Origin: a candidate division FCPU426 bacterium
Lineage (GTDB): Bacteria > Oederibacteriota > JAAXVQ01 > JAUVAV01
Length of the DNA: 10,885 bases
Direction of reading: 5' to 3'
Assembly: GCA_030637655.1 (NCBI GenBank)
Contig: DAOWGI010000052.1
Span: 1 to 10,885, forward strand
A model generated the notes under the pieces. That model saw only the letters and a program-made list of their open reading frames with translations, did not search any database and was not told where the DNA came from. The translations under genes were made by a program, and so were the position numbers. Shown piece by piece: positions 7,383 through 10,885 of this stretch. Numbering within the stretch: position 1 is the first letter of the stretch; every line of letters starts with the position of its first letter.

Positions 7383-8498
7383 TTGAGCGGTTTTAATTTC
7401 ACTTCAACCATTCATGGCAAACAGTATGATTATACGGTTCGCACCATGAACTTTGATTCCATTCAACGCATTGTTATCAACTTAAATGATCAGAACAAAG
7501 TCATCAATACCCGTGAAATTTCCTATGATTCGAAATTGACGGATGAAAAATTGAAGGCATTGGTTAAGGATACGCATGAAGAACGCGTGAATACCTTGCA
7601 GGAATTAATAAAGATTTCCGCCAAATTGGAAGTAAAACCCGATGTGGATTCCAATCACAAATTGGGCATGGTCTTTTTAAATAATGGCTTGGGTCGTGAG
7701 ACGATTGCGGAATTCAAACGCGCGCTGACTATATCCCCGGACAATGCTCCGATTTTGAATCATTTGGGATTGGCTTTGTTGCTGGAAGAAAAATTTGGGG
7801 AAGCCTTGAAGGTTTTCAAACGCGCAGTAGAGATCAAACCCAGCTATCCGGATTTACACAACAATTATGGTTTGGCCTTGCTCAAAACCGAAAAGTATGA
7901 CGAGGCACTTAAAGAATTCGAAACGGCGATTGATATTAACCGGAAATATGCGGAAGCGCATTTTAACGTAAGCCTCTGTCTGGTTTCGCAGTATTCCAGC
8001 AACGGGAACCTCACCCCGGATATGATCGAACGCATTCAAACGCATCTGCAGACAGCTGTGGAAAGTAATGTATATTTTGATAATAAATATTTTAAGGTCG
8101 CACAAAATTATTTTTCTAAAGAGCAATACGCGGAAGCACGACAAGCTCTAATTGAGGCCAAAGCCGCGGTCTTAACTCAAACCGGCAGTGAGATTTACCA
8201 TGAGTTTTATTTGCGCTTGAAATACGGTGAAGAGGGAGTGGATCGCAAGGCCACTGAGCATTATATTGAGAAATTGGAAGAAATATTGGAAAAACACGCG
8301 CATTACGTGGACATTCATAATGATCTGGGTGTTGCCTATCTTATTCAATGCCGTTTTTTGTTCAATCGGGCCATTACGGAATTCAAAAAAGCGTTGGCCA
8401 TTAATCCAAATTATACTCAGTCCAAAAAGAATTTGAAATTGGCGGAAAATGAGGGCAAGGGATTTCTTATTCTTTTGCGCGCTATTCTTTACTTCTGA
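7383..8498 (+). CDS. Tetratricopeptide-repeat protein with uncharacterised N-terminal domain
   Basis: Several TPR units (HKLGMVFLNNGLGRETIAEFKRALTISPDN; NHLGLALLLEEKFGEALKVFKRAVEIKPSY; NNYGLALLKTEKYDEALKEFETAIDINRKY). TTG start 15 nt after the STAS stop, with a G-rich RBS at 7369-7376. No signal peptide. Confidence 0.88.
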   Translation: MSGFNFTSTIHGKQYDYTVRTMNFDSIQRIVINLNDQNKVINTREISYDSKLTDEKLKALVKDTHEERVNTLQELIKISAKLEVKPDVDSNHKLGMVFLNNGLGRETIAEFKRALTISPDNAPILNHLGLALLLEEKFGEALKVFKRAVEIKPSYPDLHNNYGLALLKTEKYDEALKEFETAIDINRKYAEAHFNVSLCLVSQYSSNGNLTPDMIERIQTHLQTAVESNVYFDNKYFKVAQNYFSKEQYAEARQALIEAKAAVLTQTGSEIYHEFYLRLKYGEEGVDRKATEHYIEKLEEILEKHAHYVDIHNDLGVAYLIQCRFLFNRAITEFKKALAINPNYTQSKKNLKLAENEGKGFLILLRAILYF

Positions 8499-8504
8499 GA
8501 GAAC

Positions 8505-8697
8505 ATCTGGCGGGCGGGTTTGGAACCCGCCCCTACGGGTTATATTTTCATCATCGGGTTCCCAATGTATTGGATTGTTGGTGATGTATTCACGGATTTC
8601 ATTTAAATTCCCTCTCATTGCGGATAATACGTTCGAAATAATTACGTTGCCAAACGGGTTGGCCAGTAGGGGCGGGTTCCAAACCCGCCCGCCAGAT
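8505..8697. mobile_element. REPIN-like non-autonomous element: perfect 32-bp inverted GTAG-REP pair enclosing a RAYT transposase remnant
   Basis: 8505-8536 (ATCTGGCGGGCGGGTTTGGAACCCGCCCCTAC) is the exact reverse complement of 8666-8697 (GTAGGGGCGGGTTCCAAACCCGCCCGCCAGAT). Each copy has an internal GGGCGGG/CCCGCCC hairpin. Confidence 0.85.
8537..8664 (-). pseudogene. Frameshifted C-terminal fragment of a REP-associated tyrosine transposase (RAYT, Y1 HUH family)
   Basis: The minus strand reads GQPVWQRNYFERIIRNERE, then after a one-base frameshift near 8605-8612 LNEIREYITNNPIHWEPDDEN. This matches the RAYT C-terminal consensus WQRxYxEHIIR...L..IR.YI..NP..W. The N-terminus and HUH motif are absent. 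Confidence 0.85.
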
Positions 8698-8708
8698 TAA
8701 ACTTTTCC

Positions 8709-8738
8709 AGTAGAGACGTACGATCGTACGTCTCTACT
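8709..8738. repeat. Perfect 30-bp palindrome AGTAGAGACGTACGATCGTACGTCTCTACT (GTAG-type REP; may also act as a terminator)
   Basis: Self-complementary over all 30 bp, with GTAG...CTAC ends and a short T run at 8738-8741. Confidence 0.85.
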
Positions 8739-8761
8739 TTTAAAAAACGGAGGCATCGGTT

Positions 8762-9952
8762 TTGCTGATTTTAGTTATTAACTGTGGAAGTTCATCTTTG
8801 AAATATACGCTTTTTAAACACGAACAGGAAATTGCGTCTGGATTGGTGGAACGAATTGGAACCGAGACGGCAGTGTATACGCGCCAGGTTCGGGGAAAAA
8901 AACAATCAGCCCTAACCATGTCCGTGCCCAATCATGAACGCGCTATTAGATTAATGATGGAATATTTAGGGCGGGATAACCTGGTGCGCCGGCCGGAAGA
9001 TATTGAAGCTGTGGGACATCGGGTAGCGCATGGCGGCCCGAATTTTACGGATTCCGCGCTGGTGGATGAACGGGTTCGCAATAATCAGATAGCGCGGGAT
9101 TTGGCGCCCTTGCATCAAGTTAATTATGACGGCATTGAAGCGGCTTTGAAATTATTGCCCCAACAGCCGCAGGTAGCTGTTTTTGATACTGCTTTTCACC
9201 AGACAATGCCGGCCAAAGCGTATACCTACGCTTTGCCTTATCGTTTTTTTACAGAATTAAAGATTCGCAAATACGGATTTCATGGCACTTCACACAAGTA
9301 TGTGTCTCTGCGGGCCGCGCAATTACTTAAGAAAACAGCGCGCCGGATCAATGTGATTACTTTGCATTTGGGAAACGGTTCATCCCTGGCCGCGATACAA
9401 AAAGGGAAGTGCATTGACACTAGTATGGGGCTCACTCCGTTGGCCGGTGTGGTCATGGGGACCAGGTCCGGGGATATTGATCCGGCGATTGTAACATATT
9501 TGATGGAAAAAGAAGGTCTCAGTGCGGCTGAGGTAGAAAATTTGCTCAATAAAAAGAGTGGAATCTTAGGCGTGTCCGGGATATCAAATGATTTGCGGGA
9601 AGTGATTAAGCAGGCTGGCAAAGGAAACGCGCGGGCCAAGTTATGCTTGCAGGTGTTGGCATACAGCATTCAAAAATACATCGGGGCCTATCATGCCATT
9701 CTGGGTGGAGTGGATGCCCTGGTATTTACTGCTGGTATTGGCGAAAAGAGTCCAATGGTACGGAAACTTATATGTGATGGCTTGCAGGGTTTGGGAGTGA
9801 AGTTGGATGTCGGCAAGAATCGCAAGACCATTGCTCAGGAAAAAGCGATCCACGCGGCTGGTTCTAAAATTAAGATACTGGTCATTCCAACGCGAGAAGA
9901 ATATATGATTGCACAAGAAACCAGGCGAATTATTCATAAAGCAAAGAAATAA
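8762..9952 (+). CDS. ackA: Acetate kinase
   Basis: ILVINCGSSSLKY, GHRVAHGG, LAPLH, VFDTAFHQT, RKYGFHGTSH, HLGNGSS, DTSMGLTPLAGVVMGTRSGDIDP, FTAGIGE, IPTREE; 396 aa. GGAGG RBS at 8749-8753 before a TTG start. Confidence 0.97.
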   Translation: MLILVINCGSSSLKYTLFKHEQEIASGLVERIGTETAVYTRQVRGKKQSALTMSVPNHERAIRLMMEYLGRDNLVRRPEDIEAVGHRVAHGGPNFTDSALVDERVRNNQIARDLAPLHQVNYDGIEAALKLLPQQPQVAVFDTAFHQTMPAKAYTYALPYRFFTELKIRKYGFHGTSHKYVSLRAAQLLKKTARRINVITLHLGNGSSLAAIQKGKCIDTSMGLTPLAGVVMGTRSGDIDPAIVTYLMEKEGLSAAEVENLLNKKSGILGVSGISNDLREVIKQAGKGNARAKLCLQVLAYSIQKYIGAYHAILGGVDALVFTAGIGEKSPMVRKLICDGLQGLGVKLDVGKNRKTIAQEKAIHAAGSKIKILVIPTREEYMIAQETRRIIHKAKK

Positions 9953-9999
9953 CACGATTCACAGTAAAATATCAGTTCAGTCAAGCGTTTTTTTTTCGT

Positions 10000-10060
10000 T
10001 TGTCATCCCCGAATGTTTTTATCGGGGATATGGTTTAAAAAACCAGTCGGAGAATGACAA
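10000..10060. repeat. GTCAT...ATGAC-bounded multi-hairpin REP-like element downstream of ackA
   Basis: TTGTCAT (10000-10006) pairs with ATGACAA (10054-10060). Internal stems are ATCCCCGA/TCGGGGAT (10005-10012 / 10022-10029) and TGGTTT/AAACCA (10031-10036 / 10040-10045). Confidence 0.65.
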
Positions 10061-10065
10061 CCTAT

Positions 10066-10202
10066 AAAAGATTCACCACAGAGGCACAGAGTTACACAAA
10101 GGAAAGATTAAATAAAATCTTTAGAATTTATGCATTAATACAATCAATTTTTGTTTTCTCTGTGAACCTTTGTGTTCTCTGTGCCTCTGTGGTGAATCTT
10201 TT
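10066..10202. repeat. Long inverted-repeat (MITE-like) element with 9-bp-periodic CACAGAG arms
   Basis: AAAAGATTCACCACAGAGGCACAGAG (10066-10091) is the exact reverse complement of 10177-10202 (26 bp). A further 9-bp stem ACACAAAGG/CCTTTGTGT (10094-10102 / 10167-10175) encloses an AT-rich loop. Confidence 0.88.
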
Positions 10203-10308
10203 CATTTTTTATCATTTTATTTTTGACATTACCAGCTATTTCATTCACCTTGAAAACTGTTTCAAATCAAAACATCCAGTTGCAAACAATAAAAAACATT
10301 TGCGATTA

Positions 10309-10336
10309 TTGCTTTTTTCTTTTTTTATGATATATT
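10309..10336 (+). promoter_or_regulatory. Possible sigma70-type promoter for the terminal ORF
   Basis: TTGCTT (10309-10314), a 16-nt spacer ending in TGA, then TATATT (10331-10336). The region is very AT-rich, so chance matches are likely. Confidence 0.3.
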
Positions 10337-10404
10337 TAAAATAATAGATTTTTATACTTCACTAAACTAACTATTTTATAAATCAATATGAAAGGGATAT
10401 CAAA

Positions 10405-10885
10405 ATGTCCAAGCTCACTTCAATGTCTGCTTTTCATTATCCCAAGTTTCGTACCTGGATAAAAGCCTGTACTATTTTAATTGCCGTAAGCTTTATTCTG
10501 CCCTACGTAACCTGGGCCTTTGATGCCGGGAATTATGCTATATCCCAGCCTAATTTTATGCGGATTGCTTACCTGGGAAAAACGCTGACCATCCCGGAGA
10601 AAATAGGCGCCATCAGCCAAGGATTTCAGGGCAATGGGAAAACCATAGTCTGCATCCAGGATCTGCACTGCAATTATGAGGTGCAGAAGAACATTGCCAA
10701 TATCATTCAACACCTGGTCAAAAAAAATGGTTTGAAACTGATAGGTGAAGAAGGCGCTTTTGATACGGTTAATACGGATAAGATCAGCACCTTTCCAATT
10801 AAAAAAATCCGGGAACAAGTGAGTGATTATTTTGTCAAACAGGGCAAGATCACAGGCGCGGAATATTACGCGTGCACGAGCGAAC
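10405..10885 (+). CDS. 3'-truncated ORF absent from the supplied track; N-terminus of a probable very large exported protein (IQDxHCNxExQxNI...EG...ITGAEY signature)
   Basis: AAAGGGA RBS at 10391-10397, ATG at 10405, and 160 codons open to the window end: MSKLTSMSAFHYPKFRTWIKACTILIAVSFILPYVTWAFDAG...LTIPEKIGAISQGFQGNGKTIVCIQDLHCNYEVQKNIANIIQHLVKKNGLKLIGEEGAFDTVNTDKISTFPIKKIREQVSDYFVKQGKITGAEYYACTSE. A basic stretch followed by a hydrophobic one suggests a signal peptide or anchor. Confidence 0.85.
   Translation, partial: MSKLTSMSAFHYPKFRTWIKACTILIAVSFILPYVTWAFDAGNYAISQPNFMRIAYLGKTLTIPEKIGAISQGFQGNGKTIVCIQDLHCNYEVQKNIANIIQHLVKKNGLKLIGEEGAFDTVNTDKISTFPIKKIREQVSDYFVKQGKITGAEYYACTSE

Noticed and set aside
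8172-8700. ORFs 8172..8618 (-) and 8449..8700 (+) as real genes
   Set aside because: They are read-throughs of the REP arms (both contain RGGFQTRPPD) and overlap the TPR gene; only 8537-8664 (-) carries a recognisable RAYT remnant.
601-9955. Remaining short antisense or alternate-frame ORFs in the track
   Set aside because: They overlap long motif-supported CDSs and show no recognisable motifs; e.g. 601..804 is the Val-rich mirror of the Thr tract.
10223-10251. Perfect TTGACA at 10223-10228 as a -35 box
   Set aside because: No acceptable -10 hexamer at 16-18 nt spacing.
10054-10344. 96-aa ORF MTTYKRFTTEAQ...LCVLCASVV
   Set aside because: It is a translation of the inverted-repeat element plus AT-rich spacer, with no RBS or recognisable domain.
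9953-10404. tRNA, riboswitch or other known ncRNA in the long spacer
   Set aside because: No cloverleaf or recognisable aptamer consensus was seen, and the structure is explained by the two palindromic elements. An Rfam/Infernal scan would be decisive.
10477-10818. 113-aa minus-strand ORF
   Set aside because: Antisense shadow of the RBS-supported plus-strand ORF starting at 10405.

Overview
Co-directional (+ strand) bacterial gene run, probably from an uncultured diderm lineage (inferred from Thr/Pro-rich secreted proteins and a giant-protein-type N-terminus; not provable here). In order: (1) the 3' part of a large Thr-rich surface protein with eight 30-bp tandem repeats and a C-terminal NYPNPF/FlgD-Ig (T9SS-CTD-like) domain; (2) a PorV/UPF0164-like beta-barrel with a coiled-coil/TPR tail; (3) a partner-switching cassette made of a membrane-bound RsbW-kinase/sensor/HAMP/PP2C fusion, a STAS protein and a TPR protein; (4) ackA; (5) an ORF missing from the supplied track (10405 to window end) whose N-terminus resembles Omnitrophota/Elusimicrobiota-type giant proteins. 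The most notable signal is that the kinase-phosphatase and the STAS protein both end in mutually homologous HTH domains resembling the DNA-binding N-terminus of IS481-family transposases, with no sigma factor in the window. The intergenic spacers hold several distinct palindromic elements: three GTAG-type REP sequences, a REP pair enclosing a frameshifted RAYT transposase fragment, two long 9-bp-periodic hairpins and a GTCAT...ATGAC element. All family assignments come from motif recognition by eye, not from database searches.
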